Shown piece by piece: positions 9,551 through 19,479 of a stretch of 64,000 bases of DNA. Source of the DNA: Candidatus Pacebacteria bacterium GW2011_GWA1_46_10. Its GTDB lineage: Bacteria > Patescibacteriota > Microgenomatia > UBA1400 > PJMF01. Numbering within the stretch: position 1 is the stretch's first letter; the number at the start of each line of letters is the position of its first letter. The notes below the pieces were generated by a model. The model was not told the DNA's origin and searched no databases. It saw only the letters and a list, made by a program, of their open reading frames with translations. The DNA lies in contig LCLP01000001.1 in assembly GCA_001002135.1 (NCBI GenBank), forward strand, positions 230,274 through 294,273, written 5' to 3'. The translations under genes were made by a program, and so were the position numbers.

Positions 9551-10930
9551 GTGGTGTATAATTATACACCTCTCATGGTGAAGAAATCCCCACGTCAAAC
9601 TGCTTCCCGCAGGAGTGTAACCAGTAAAAAGCGACCGAAGAAATCGGTTCGTCAAACGTCATCTAAACGAAAAGCAGTCAAGAAAACTGTGAAAAAAGTT
9701 TCTCGGTCAACCAAGCAATCAGCCAAAAGACCAACTCAAAAAATGGTGAAAAAGACTGTCCGCAAACCTACCAAACCTACCAAACAAACCAAGCCAACCA
9801 AGGTTGAGCCGTTTATCATTCGTTCTCAGCAGGAGGAAAAACCCCTGCCAAAAATGACTGGCGAGCAGGTTGAGGCGCTTTTCAAAAAAGCCAAAAAGCA
9901 AGGCTTTGTGACTCAAGAGGAGATCTTGGATGTGTTTGTCGAGCCGGAGCTTTATTTGGAGCAGTTGGATGACTTTTATAGTCGAATTGTTGAGGCACAA
10001 ATTGACGTTTTTGAAGCTGTTTCAGAGGAGAAAGAAGAAGAGAGTGATGATGAGCTACAGCAGGAGTTAGATCTATTGGCCGGTCTGAAAAACACTGGTG
10101 TGGCTGACCCGGTCCGCATGTACCTCAAGGAGATTGGCCGGATTCCGCTTTTAACCCGTGAACAAGAAATTAGGTTGGCCCAAAGTGTGGAGGCCGGCGA
10201 CATGAAGGCGAAAAAGGGCTTGATCGATGCCAACCTCCGGTTGGTGGTGTCGATCGCCAAGAAATACATCGGTCGGGGTATGACCTTCCTGGATCTGATT
10301 CAAGAGGGCAACAAGGGTCTCATTCGCGCGGTCGAGAAATTCGACTGGACGAAGGGTTTTAAGTTCAGTACCTACGCCACTTGGTGGATCCGCCAAGCGA
10401 TTACCCGGAGTATTGCTGACCAAGCCCGCACCATTCGGATTCCGGTCCACATGGTCGAGACGATCAATAAACTAATGCGGACCAGCCGCCGGTTGATGCA
10501 AGACTTGGGTCGTGAGCCAACTCCTGAGGAAATTGGTAAACGGATGGAGAACATGGACCCGGATAAGGTTCGTGAAATTCTGAAAATTTCCCAAAATACC
10601 ACTTCACTGGAGACGCCGGTGGGCGATGGAGAAGATGACAGTATTCTCGGGGACTTTATTGCCGATGAAAAACAGGTTTCCCCGTATGAGGCTACCAGCA
10701 AACAGATGCTGCGGGAGAACATCGAAGAAGTCTTGGGTGCGCTTTCAGACCGTGAGGCCAGGGTACTGCGCATGCGGTTTGGGCTGCAGGGTAATAAAAC
10801 GATGACCTTGGAAGAGGTGGGTAAAAAATTCGGGGTCACCCGTGAGCGAATTCGTCAAATTGAGGCCAAGGCGCTGCGGAAGCTCAAACACCCTAGTCGA
10901 CGCAAAAAACTGCAGGATTTCCTCGAGTAA
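9551..10930 (+). CDS. rpoD: RNA polymerase primary sigma factor (sigma-70) with a Lys-rich N-terminal extension
   Basis: Regions 1.2, 2, 3 and 4 are recognisable: [87 protein letters not shown]. Start codon is ambiguous between GTG at 9551 and ATG at 9575. Confidence 0.9.
   Translation: MVYNYTPLMVKKSPRQTASRRSVTSKKRPKKSVRQTSSKRKAVKKTVKKVSRSTKQSAKRPTQKMVKKTVRKPTKPTKQTKPTKVEPFIIRSQQEEKPLPKMTGEQVEALFKKAKKQGFVTQEEILDVFVEPELYLEQLDDFYSRIVEAQIDVFEAVSEEKEEESDDELQQELDLLAGLKNTGVADPVRMYLKEIGRIPLLTREQEIRLAQSVEAGDMKAKKGLIDANLRLVVSIAKKYIGRGMTFLDLIQEGNKGLIRAVEKFDWTKGFKFSTYATWWIRQAITRSIADQARTIRIPVHMVETINKLMRTSRRLMQDLGREPTPEEIGKRMENMDPDKVREILKISQNTTSLETPVGDGEDDSILGDFIADEKQVSPYEATSKQMLRENIEEVLGALSDREARVLRMRFGLQGNKTMTLEEVGKKFGVTRERIRQIEAKALRKLKHPSRRKKLQDFLE
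9553..9570. promoter_or_regulatory. Perfect 18-bp palindrome ggtgtataattatacacc overlapping a TATAAT hexamer at the rpoD 5' end
   Basis: The sequence equals its own reverse complement and contains tataat at 9558-9563. Confidence 0.45.
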
Positions 10931-10958
10931 TGGTCTGATAGTTCCCACCAAAATTTCA

Positions 10959-10990
10959 CTTGCCAATTTCATTTTCGGTTGTTACGCTTC
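10959..10990 (+). repeat. Conserved 5' leader element, copy 1 (cttgccaatttcattttcggttgttacg)
   Basis: About 30 bp nearly identical to 43748..43779. Looser similarity continues into the N-terminal coding region of the paralogous gene. Confidence 0.6.
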
Positions 10991-11019
10991 ATGTTAAGGC
11001 CGTCAGTGACACTATTAGT

Positions 11020-11421
11020 ATGATTACCAAACAAGATTCTCTCCAACTGCAAAAAGACTTTAAAAAAGTTTTTGTTACGAAAGCGGAAATGAATGCCCGA
11101 TTCGACAAGATGGACGTGCGATTTGACAAAATAGATACCCGTCTCGATAAGATGGACGCGCGGTTTGATAAAATTAACGCTCGGTTTGACAAGATGGATA
11201 AGGATAACGAGGAACAAACCCTGAGTTTAGCTCAGACGTTTAATCAAATAAATGACAGATTTATCGCCATTGAGAAGAGATTGGATATGATTGAAGAGAT
11301 TTTGCGAAGAATGGATGACCGGCAAAGCAAGATGGAGGAGTTTATGAAAGTCATGTCGCTTAAACTCCTCAATCATGATGGTCGGATTGTCACTCTGGAA
11401 TCAAAAATCCTCTTGAGTTAG
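11020..11421 (+). CDS. Small coiled-coil protein with five tandem heptad repeats (RFDKMDx); paralog of the 43809..44192 gene
   Basis: ATG at 11020 gives MITKQDSLQLQ, shared with the paralog. Repeat block RFDKMDVRFDKIDTRLDKMDARFDKINARFDKMDK. Confidence 0.55.
   Translation: MITKQDSLQLQKDFKKVFVTKAEMNARFDKMDVRFDKIDTRLDKMDARFDKINARFDKMDKDNEEQTLSLAQTFNQINDRFIAIEKRLDMIEEILRRMDDRQSKMEEFMKVMSLKLLNHDGRIVTLESKILLS
11098..11202 (+). repeat. Five tandem imperfect 21-bp repeats inside the coiled-coil gene
   Basis: The units read cgattcgacaagatggacgtg, cgatttgacaaaatagatacc, cgtctcgataagatggacgcg, cggtttgataaaattaacgct and cggtttgacaagatggataag. Confidence 0.8.
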
Positions 11422-11439
11422 GTATAATAGGGCATTCGA

Positions 11440-11514
11440 TCCCCTGTAGCTCAATGGCAGAGCAGGTCGCTGTTAACGACAAGGTTGGCGGTTCGAGTCC
11501 ACCCGGGGGAGCCA
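11440..11514 (+). tRNA. tRNA-Asn (anticodon GTT), CCA encoded
   Basis: Cloverleaf is recoverable: acceptor tcccctg/cggggga, D arm gctc-aatggca-gagc, anticodon loop cTGTTaa, T loop ttcgagt. There is one mismatch each in the anticodon and T stems. Confidence 0.75.
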
Positions 11515-12972
11515 AAGTTGATTATCGGTATGATTTAAGATTGTGTCGAATGGTTTTATCGCTTCATATCGCACTGTTTTACCCTCTACCCTAAGGTTCG
11601 ATAGTACGAGCTTGATTAACTGTCGTTTTTCCTCAACTTCCGAACTCTTGAACAAATCATAAGCTCGGTTTACTAGCTCCAGTAGGTATTTGCTCGAGAT
11701 GTAATAGTTATCCTCGGCTTCTTGAAGCATACCGAGTTGAGAGTCTAGCCCAGCTATTTGTTCACGGAATGATTGATAGAACTTGTCATACTCATCGTCA
11801 GTAATACGCCCCTTCAGTTTATCAAGGTAAAGATTGTCCATCATTTTAGTAACGCTTTTGTGTTCTGCTGTTAATTTATCGTATTGTTTGTTTTGAAAGT
11901 CCATTTTGTCTTGATGAACATTGTTTAGATTTACCACTACCTGCTCTAAAACCCAGTCGGGGATTTGTAATCGCTTAAATATACTTCCTATTTGCTCGGT
12001 TATATTTTCTTCCCGTAACCATTCAGCCCCGTGTTTGCCGTTATACTGCGTACAGTGGTAATAAACGTGTCCTTTGTGCTTTTCTGGGGTTACAGCGAGC
12101 CCACAATGACCGCATCGTAGTAAGCCCCGATAAGGGTAAGGCTTTCCAGCATATCTAGTTTTTTTCTTATTAAAACCTGCCTTGATTTGCTGTACCTGGT
12201 CATATAAAGTTTTTGCAATAATCGCTGGATACTTATGTTTATATTGCTTATTTTTCCAGGTCATTATTCCGTAATAGAAAGCGTTTTTGAGAATTTTATC
12301 TATCCAACCGTGGGACCACTCAACTGAATATTCGTTTTTTATTTTTGTGCGTAATAAATCCATCGAGAAACTACCAGTCGCATACCACTCATAAGCTTTT
12401 TGAACTACCCGTGATGCAAATTCATCTATAACTATTTCTGTTTTGTCCTTGTTTATTGGTTCTCTTTTGTAACCATAAGGTGGTCGGGCTGGATATGTGC
12501 CCATTCTAAGCATTTGTTCTTGAGCTCGTTTTACGTTATCGCTGATTGCGTCTGAGTAGTACTTGGCTAACCCAAGGCTGATACTGAAATTAAACTTTTC
12601 GACTGCGGATAGCTGGCTATTGATGACTTGTCCATCAGATACAAAATGTATTTCAATTTCATCTCTGAGAGCTTTTTCATAAAGGATGGAAACTCTTTTA
12701 TCAAATATGTTACGAGATAGGCGATCAACCTTATCAAATCCAATGGCTATTTTTTCTTTCTGTGAGAGGATGAAATCAAGAATACCATCAAAGTCATCCC
12801 TCTTATTCTTGTATGCACTTTCATCAAAACTGAACTCCTTTATAATTGGGTACCCTTTATTTTGAAAATATTTTCTTAGTCGCGCAGTTTGGGCTGGTAG
12901 AGAGTTACCAGCATCTTTTTGTTCTTCTGTGCTAACTCGTGAAGTTATAATTGCTTTCATGATTTTTGCCAA
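11473..12972 (-). CDS. Large serine recombinase (integrase)
   Basis: N-terminal resolvase catalytic domain (AIITSRVSTEEQ, GFDKVDRLSRN), a central recombinase domain, and a Cys-rich zinc ribbon (CGHCG...HC). The C-terminal codons run antisense into the tRNA-Asn. Confidence 0.8.
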   Translation of the reverse strand: MAKIMKAIITSRVSTEEQKDAGNSLPAQTARLRKYFQNKGYPIIKEFSFDESAYKNKRDDFDGILDFILSQKEKIAIGFDKVDRLSRNIFDKRVSILYEKALRDEIEIHFVSDGQVINSQLSAVEKFNFSISLGLAKYYSDAISDNVKRAQEQMLRMGTYPARPPYGYKREPINKDKTEIVIDEFASRVVQKAYEWYATGSFSMDLLRTKIKNEYSVEWSHGWIDKILKNAFYYGIMTWKNKQYKHKYPAIIAKTLYDQVQQIKAGFNKKKTRYAGKPYPYRGLLRCGHCGLAVTPEKHKGHVYYHCTQYNGKHGAEWLREENITEQIGSIFKRLQIPDWVLEQVVVNLNNVHQDKMDFQNKQYDKLTAEHKSVTKMMDNLYLDKLKGRITDDEYDKFYQSFREQIAGLDSQLGMLQEAEDNYYISSKYLLELVNRAYDLFKSSEVEEKRQLIKLVLSNLRVEGKTVRYEAIKPFDTILNHTDNQLWLPRVDSNRQPCR

Positions 12973-15900
12973 TGACTTTCAATATAGGATTGTGCCTCGC
13001 TCATGCTTAAAGAGCTAGTGTTATTGCCAGTTCTCACATATAGCTCTTCACTGCCTTGCGATTTTACATAGACTGGATTATCGGATTTTAGAACAGTAAT
13101 AAGACAAACATCTTTCCCTTCGATCATTTCGAAAATCGTACTGAAGTAACGCACTCGATCGGCGCCCATAGTTTCCTTTACAAGCTGAACTAAATGATTT
13201 TCAAACTCATCTCTATTTCCGTTACTCAAAGTCATATAATCTTGTTCTAGTCCAAAGATGCTCCCACCGTCCTCAACACCAATAATGAGTTGTCCACCTT
13301 CAGCATTCATGTATCCAGCAATCGTTTTAAGAATTACCTTTTCCAAGTCTTTGTTTGTTTTTCCTTGTCTAACATCCCATCTTAAAGTTGATTTAAATTC
13401 AAGTTTTTGGCTTTCACCTTTCTTGATGAGCTTGCCAATATCTTCATTTTCCAACTTTCGATAGATACGAGGCATAAGATACTGTTCAAGTTTGTCTCGG
13501 AGTTTTGGATCATTTATGAATTTCATGACCAACTCTTCATTGCGATCCATTCTTTCAACTAGAATATTGATAAGTTCTTCATTGAGCGGATATTTGAATG
13601 CGTCTTTTGGATTGACTTTGGCTTGATTCATTAAAGCCTCGTTGTTGTAAATGTCTTGCTCTATTTGGTCGATAAAAAGCTTATCTGCTTCTGTAAACTC
13701 AGTACCGAGTTTGTCATTGAGTATTTTGATAATTTCAGAAAGAATGGATTTGTCTTCGGTCTCGTAATCTATCGTGCCTGCGTCTTGCAGGGTAGCGAGC
13801 TCAACGGTACCTAGTTTCTCTGGGGTAATACTTCCTTCCTGAATTTTTTGCAGTTTGTAATATTGCAGAGCAATCTCGTCATTAAGATCAAACCGTTCGA
13901 CCGGGTCCTTGGGGAGAGCATTTCTCAGTAAACGTCCAAATACATACAGTTTTTCAAGATCTGAGTCGCTAAAAGGCATTACTTGTGAAAGAAATACATA
14001 CGCTCTAATAAAAGCGGTGAGTTGCTTCTTGAAATCTTCCTGTTTATCCTTTTCTTGCGTTTTGTATCGATCAATAGCTGGGGTGATAATGACATATAGT
14101 TTTTGTTGATCTGCTTTTGTTTGGTATCCAGAGAAGAAAACTTTTGCAAATGACTCTACTTCAGAGAGCCAGAAAACCTTGGAGTCGATCAGACTATTTT
14201 TAAGGTCGTATAAATGATTTGGATCGGTTGACTCATCGATTGAAGTATTCTCATAGTAAGGCTGAAACGCTTCAAGAATTTCACTTGGTTCATTTACAAA
14301 ATCCAAGATAAACGTATCTTCTTTGCCAGGGTGAGTGCGATTGAGTCGTGAAAGGGTTTGGACTGCTTTTACTCCAGATAACTTTTTATCTACAAACATA
14401 GTGTGGAGCAATGGTTCATCGTAACCAGTTTGGTATTTATCAGCTACAAGTAAGATACGATACTCATCAGTAGCAAACTTTTTTGGTAATTCCTTTTCAC
14501 CGAAACCATTTAGCTGAGGTTCAGTGACTTTTTCATCAGTGTCTGGGTCTTTAAGCGCCCCAGAAAAGGCAACCAGCACTCGAATATCGGTGTAGGCTTT
14601 TTCTTTCAAGTAGCGGTTAAATTCCTGATAGTAACGATAGGCGTGTAGGCGAGAGCTGGTCACAACCATTGCTTTTGCTTTACCACCAATTTTCTTCATT
14701 GTTATGTTGCGAAAATGCTCAGCAATAACCTCTGTTTTTTGAGCAAGATTGTGAGGATGCAGAGACAAGAATCTAGCTATGGCTTGATTGGCTTTTTTCT
14801 TATCAAGTTCTGGGTCGTCTTCGATTTTTTTAGTAATTCTGAAGTATGTTTTGTAAGTGGCGTAGCCTTTGAGCACATCAAGAATAAATCCTTCTTCAAT
14901 TGCTTGTCGCATGGAATACAGATGAAAGGGTACAGGCTTACCTTCTACATTTGAAACACCAAAGACTTCGAGCGTTTTGGCTTTGGGTGTGGCTGTGAAA
15001 GCGTAGAAGCTCAGGTTGTCTTGCTTGCCTCGTGCCGTCATGGATTGTCGAATATTATCTTCAACCGTTTCATCATCAGTAGTGTCTTCATTTTCTGCTT
15101 CCTCGAGAGTGTTAGCAGTCAACACTTGTTTCATCTGTTTGGCAGTTTCACCACCTTGTGAGCTGTGTGCTTCGTCAATAATTACCGCATACTTACTGGC
15201 TTGAAACTCACCGATTTGATCAAGCACAAAGGGAAATTTTTGTACCGTAGTGATTATGATCTTAACGCCTGCTCTTAGTGCATCTGCAAGCTGGTTAGAA
15301 TCTTTATCAATTCTCTTAACGACACCTTGCTTGTGATCAAATTGGTAGATAGTATCTTGTAACTGTTTATCCAAGACAATCCTATCGGTGACTACTATGA
15401 CTGACTTGAAAACTGGTTCGTTTTGATCGTCATGCAAACTTGAAAGGCGATACGCCAACCATGCAATGGAATTACTCTTGCCACTTCCTGCGCTATGCTG
15501 AATTAGGTAGTTCTTACCAACACCCTTTGCTTTGGTATCATGAGTAAGCTTGCGGACTACATCGAGTTGATGATAACGAGGGAAGATGATTGTTTCTTTT
15601 GTTTTGATTTTTCCACTAACTCGAATTTCTTGTTGCTCAAAGTGAATGAATTTTTGCAAAATATCCATCCAACTATCTTTGCTCCAAACTTCCTTCCATA
15701 AATAATCAGTTTTGTAACCTTGCTCATTAGGTGGATTGCCTGCTCCGTTTTGGTAGCCCTTATTAAAGGGTAAAAAGGATGTGTCCTCACCTTTTAAGTG
15801 AGTAGTCATGGAAACCTCATTTGGATCAACGGCAAAGTGGACTAAAGCTCTCTTCTTAAATTGAAACAACATTTCGTTGGTATCTCGTGTGTAGATGAAT

Positions 15901-16409
15901 TGTCTTTCAGCATTACTTTTATCTTGTCCTGTAAAAGGATTTTTCAGCTCTACTGTAGCTACAGGAAGTCCATTCAGAAAGAGCACTAAGTCAACTGCTA
16001 AATCTGGATTCTTGACACTAAAATGAACTTGGCGAGTTACGCTCAGGATGTTTTTTTGGTACAACTCAAGTGTTTCAGGGTTGAGATACGACTCAGGCTT
16101 GAAGTAAGCAAGATCTAGGTGAATACCATGATCATCAATACCTTCACGAAGCACTTTGAGCATACCCTTTTTCTCTAGCTCACGCACTAATCTAGAAATG
16201 ATTTTGTCTTCAAGCTGATCCTGATGAATATCAGAGAGCATTTGCCATTTTTCTGGCTGGGTATCGCATAGGAATGAGAGTAGGGTGGTTGTATCAAGAG
16301 CAAGTTGTGGGTCGAAATTATTAGCATTGCCTTGAACATATTCAGATTGGTTGATTAAGCTATCGACGATATTTGATTCGAATGTTTCTTCGTTATAAAT
16401 GTTGCTCAT
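12957..16409 (-). CDS. hsdR: Type I restriction enzyme R subunit fused to a C-terminal AlbA_2/Schlafen-like domain
   Basis: Helicase motif I QHSAGSGKS and DEAH box IIDEAHSS. The C-terminal 200 aa have AlbA_2 hallmarks: LEFKSTL, AGYMNAEGGQLIIGVEDGG and PVYVKSQGSEELYVRTGNNTSSLS. Confidence 0.8.
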   Translation of the reverse strand: MSNIYNEETFESNIVDSLINQSEYVQGNANNFDPQLALDTTTLLSFLCDTQPEKWQMLSDIHQDQLEDKIISRLVRELEKKGMLKVLREGIDDHGIHLDLAYFKPESYLNPETLELYQKNILSVTRQVHFSVKNPDLAVDLVLFLNGLPVATVELKNPFTGQDKSNAERQFIYTRDTNEMLFQFKKRALVHFAVDPNEVSMTTHLKGEDTSFLPFNKGYQNGAGNPPNEQGYKTDYLWKEVWSKDSWMDILQKFIHFEQQEIRVSGKIKTKETIIFPRYHQLDVVRKLTHDTKAKGVGKNYLIQHSAGSGKSNSIAWLAYRLSSLHDDQNEPVFKSVIVVTDRIVLDKQLQDTIYQFDHKQGVVKRIDKDSNQLADALRAGVKIIITTVQKFPFVLDQIGEFQASKYAVIIDEAHSSQGGETAKQMKQVLTANTLEEAENEDTTDDETVEDNIRQSMTARGKQDNLSFYAFTATPKAKTLEVFGVSNVEGKPVPFHLYSMRQAIEEGFILDVLKGYATYKTYFRITKKIEDDPELDKKKANQAIARFLSLHPHNLAQKTEVIAEHFRNITMKKIGGKAKAMVVTSSRLHAYRYYQEFNRYLKEKAYTDIRVLVAFSGALKDPDTDEKVTEPQLNGFGEKELPKKFATDEYRILLVADKYQTGYDEPLLHTMFVDKKLSGVKAVQTLSRLNRTHPGKEDTFILDFVNEPSEILEAFQPYYENTSIDESTDPNHLYDLKNSLIDSKVFWLSEVESFAKVFFSGYQTKADQQKLYVIITPAIDRYKTQEKDKQEDFKKQLTAFIRAYVFLSQVMPFSDSDLEKLYVFGRLLRNALPKDPVERFDLNDEIALQYYKLQKIQEGSITPEKLGTVELATLQDAGTIDYETEDKSILSEIIKILNDKLGTEFTEADKLFIDQIEQDIYNNEALMNQAKVNPKDAFKYPLNEELINILVERMDRNEELVMKFINDPKLRDKLEQYLMPRIYRKLENEDIGKLIKKGESQKLEFKSTLRWDVRQGKTNKDLEKVILKTIAGYMNAEGGQLIIGVEDGGSIFGLEQDYMTLSNGNRDEFENHLVQLVKETMGADRVRYFSTIFEMIEGKDVCLITVLKSDNPVYVKSQGSEELYVRTGNNTSSLSMSEAQSYIESHWQKS

Positions 16410-17761
16410 AGTATTTGATCCTTAATAAATTCTTCTGGGATTGGTTCATCACGAACATCGATTTTTCCAGTAACAGCACTTGAGATGAGTGTTTGGCGGT
16501 ATTCTCGAAGCAGGAGGTTTTGGGATATTAATGTATTTTTCTTGTTTTCAATTTTTTCTACATATCCATCTAGATATTGAGCTATTTTTACTAGCTCTTC
16601 TTCTGAAGGACTTAACAATGGTAGCCATTTTAATTCAGAGAAATTCAAGGTTTGCCTTACACCATTTCCAAGTCCATAAAGCACTTTACCTATATCATAA
16701 GAATGAAGTAGATAGTAATAGTATTGGGAATTAGATAGCTGATTTTTTGGGACAAGCCCAATATATGCTGAGGTTATAATTCCATGTTCTTTTGAAAGTC
16801 CAACTCTCAAACTTTTTTTATCATTTTGAAGGTCAGTTAGTCTTAAAATAATGTATCCCGAAGCTACTACTTGATAGCCCTGAAATGAACTTGGCAGTAA
16901 TCCAAAGTTATTTTCAACATTTCTTTTAATAATTCTTCCATAACTTAATGACAATACATTCTTTTCATTTTGGTTAATATTTTTGGTTTTGTTGTTTGAA
17001 AAGATTGCAAAAAGTGGTTTTATTTCCCAATGCTCAGGAACTTTCCCAATCCACTCAATGCCACTGTCTTTCATTTTGACCGTAGGATCGAGACCTTTAG
17101 TGACTACCTGATTGATGGTGGCTTGTTTTTTTTCTTCAAGGAGCTGGATGAGTTGTTTGTTTTTAGAGATGAGGTTGTCTATGAGGAAGATCTTATAGTT
17201 TAGGTATGAAGCAATTTTCTTCTGCATACTTGTATCGACTGAAATTGGAATGTATAAATTAGAAATAGTGTCTGAATTTAAATTTGCCAGCCCTGTGGTC
17301 GTATTTGAGAATATTTGATACTGCACTCTTGATATTTGTGAATTTAAATACCAATAACCAAATTGGCTGTTCATTTTAGTGTTTGGTCTTATTCTTTGCA
17401 TAAAGTTTGAGTAGCACGTTATTTCAGAGGTAATTCTCTTATCAACTACAGCGGTTTTTCCAATATGTAATTCGCTTCCGCTTGATTTAGTAATAATTAA
17501 ATCACCTATTTCTACTTTACTTTTTCTTATTTCAGCATCTGAGAGATCACGATAAGCAGAATCCTTCAAATTATTCCATTTACCATCGACGGATATTTCT
17601 GTAGACCTTAGTACTCTAGTTCCATTTTCCATGGGATCATTTCCCCATACTCCACCATCATTAGAAGTAATGAGCCACTTGAGTTTGCTTAGATACCAAT
17701 CTTGAGGGATTTCTCCAATCCAAGTTATGCCAGTTTGTTTGTATTTTGAATATGGCTTCAT
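16406..17761 (-). CDS. hsdS: Type I restriction-modification specificity subunit
   Basis: Two-TRD architecture with a central conserved spacer. 4-nt overlaps with both hsdM and hsdR. Confidence 0.75.
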   Translation of the reverse strand: MKPYSKYKQTGITWIGEIPQDWYLSKLKWLITSNDGGVWGNDPMENGTRVLRSTEISVDGKWNNLKDSAYRDLSDAEIRKSKVEIGDLIITKSSGSELHIGKTAVVDKRITSEITCYSNFMQRIRPNTKMNSQFGYWYLNSQISRVQYQIFSNTTTGLANLNSDTISNLYIPISVDTSMQKKIASYLNYKIFLIDNLISKNKQLIQLLEEKKQATINQVVTKGLDPTVKMKDSGIEWIGKVPEHWEIKPLFAIFSNNKTKNINQNEKNVLSLSYGRIIKRNVENNFGLLPSSFQGYQVVASGYIILRLTDLQNDKKSLRVGLSKEHGIITSAYIGLVPKNQLSNSQYYYYLLHSYDIGKVLYGLGNGVRQTLNFSELKWLPLLSPSEEELVKIAQYLDGYVEKIENKKNTLISQNLLLREYRQTLISSAVTGKIDVRDEPIPEEFIKDQIL

Positions 17762-19479
17762 GAGAGTATTTCTTTTAATAACCCATCACTTTCTTTTTCA
17801 AGTTCAAGAATGTCTTTCGTTATTTCCTCGAGTGAACGGAGGGGCTTATATTCATAAAAGTGTTTGGTGAAGTTTATTTCATACCCAACTTTGGTTTGGC
17901 TCTCATCAATCCAGGCATCTGGAACGTGGGGTTTTACCTCACGTTCAAAATACTCATGAATATCCTCTTTGAGTGGCACATTTTCTCTATCTCTCAGGCT
18001 AGTATCAGGCTTGGGGTTACCGCCCTTATCAGTGATTATTTTTCCATTTTTATCTATTTGAGGTCTTTCGATAGCAATCTGATTGTATCCAAAATCTTCA
18101 TTATCAAAAATCTTTGAGAATTTTCCTGACTTGATCTCACCATGCATTTCAACAATCTTGGCTATGTCTTCATCGGCAATTTCATGACGTTTGTTTCCCA
18201 AGCTCTTGCTCATCTTTTTGTAGAAATTAACTGCGTTAATTAGTTGAATTTTGCCTTTTCTTTCATTTGATTTACGATTGGTTAAGATCCAAATGTAGGT
18301 AGAGATTCCAGTGTTGTAAAAAAGTTGATCGGGAAGAGCAATGATCGCTTCTAAAAGGTCGTTTTCAATGATCCATTTACGAATGTCAGATGGACCACTT
18401 CCAGCACTTCCAGTAAACAGAGGTGAGCCGTTGAAGACGATTGATAATCTGCTCCCGCCATTAGACGGCTTCATCTTCGCAAGCATGGTTTGAAGGAATA
18501 AAAGAGAGCCATCGCTGATGCTTGGTAAGCCTGCTCCAAAACGTCCGCCATAACCAAGATCTTCATGTTCGGAAACAACTTCTTTTTGAGCTTTATTCCA
18601 CTTCACTCCAAAGGGAGGGTTGGAGAGCATATAGTCGAACTGTACATTAGATAGTTTATCATCACGCAGGGTATCTCCAAAACGGATATGCTCTGCATTG
18701 TGACCAGTAACCATCATGTCTGATTTACAAATAGCATAAGACTCGGGATTAATTTCTTGCCCGAATAATTCAAGCCGTGCATCTGGGTTTAACTCTTGGA
18801 GGTAATCTTCTGCAACGGTTAACATACCACCAGTTCCACAAGCTGGGTCGTAGATTGTTTTGACAATACTTTTCTTAGATAGAATTTCATTATCGTTTGT
18901 GAAAAGTAGGTTAACCATTAAACGAATGACTTCTCTTGGGGTAAAGTGTTCTCCTGCCGTCTCATTTGAGGATTCGGCGAACTTCCGAATTAACTCTTCA
19001 AAGATGTATCCCATTTCCAAATTAGTAACTTTTTTTGGGTTAAGATCAATTTCTTGGAATTTTTTAACTACTTGATAGAGCAAATCTGCCTTATCGAGCT
19101 TGATAATTTGTTTATCAAACTCAAAGTTTTCTATGATATCTCTAGCATCCTTTGAAAAACCATTTAGATAGTTGCGAAGATTTGGGGCGATATTGCTTGG
19201 GTCAGCAATTAGTTTATTGAAATCAAATTGACTATGATTGTGAAACTTTCTGCCTGCAATCTTGTTCAATAGAATATCTGGATCATCAATCTGTTTGTCC
19301 TTGATAGACCCGTACTGTTTTAGAACTATTTCTTTTGTATCCTCCAAGTCACAGTCAAGTCTACGAAGCACAGTAAGTGGCAAAATAACTTTGCCATAAT
19401 CTGATTGCTTATAATCACCACGGAGCAGATCAGCCACGCTCCAGATAAAGTTTGCGTATTGTGAGATATTAAGTTTCAT
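17758..19479 (-). CDS. hsdM: Type I restriction-modification N6-adenine DNA methyltransferase subunit
   Basis: HsdM N-terminal domain (NFIWSVADLLRGDYKQSDYGKVILPLTVLRRL) and catalytic motif LSNPPFG. Confidence 0.85.
   Translation of the reverse strand: MKLNISQYANFIWSVADLLRGDYKQSDYGKVILPLTVLRRLDCDLEDTKEIVLKQYGSIKDKQIDDPDILLNKIAGRKFHNHSQFDFNKLIADPSNIAPNLRNYLNGFSKDARDIIENFEFDKQIIKLDKADLLYQVVKKFQEIDLNPKKVTNLEMGYIFEELIRKFAESSNETAGEHFTPREVIRLMVNLLFTNDNEILSKKSIVKTIYDPACGTGGMLTVAEDYLQELNPDARLELFGQEINPESYAICKSDMMVTGHNAEHIRFGDTLRDDKLSNVQFDYMLSNPPFGVKWNKAQKEVVSEHEDLGYGGRFGAGLPSISDGSLLFLQTMLAKMKPSNGGSRLSIVFNGSPLFTGSAGSGPSDIRKWIIENDLLEAIIALPDQLFYNTGISTYIWILTNRKSNERKGKIQLINAVNFYKKMSKSLGNKRHEIADEDIAKIVEMHGEIKSGKFSKIFDNEDFGYNQIAIERPQIDKNGKIITDKGGNPKPDTSLRDRENVPLKEDIHEYFEREVKPHVPDAWIDESQTKVGYEINFTKHFYEYKPLRSLEEITKDILELEKESDGLLKEILS

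Noticed and set aside
11098-11202. Possible CRISPR-like array
   Set aside because: The repeats are contiguous 21-mers with no spacers, in-frame inside a coding sequence, and encode heptads. This is a protein repeat, not CRISPR.
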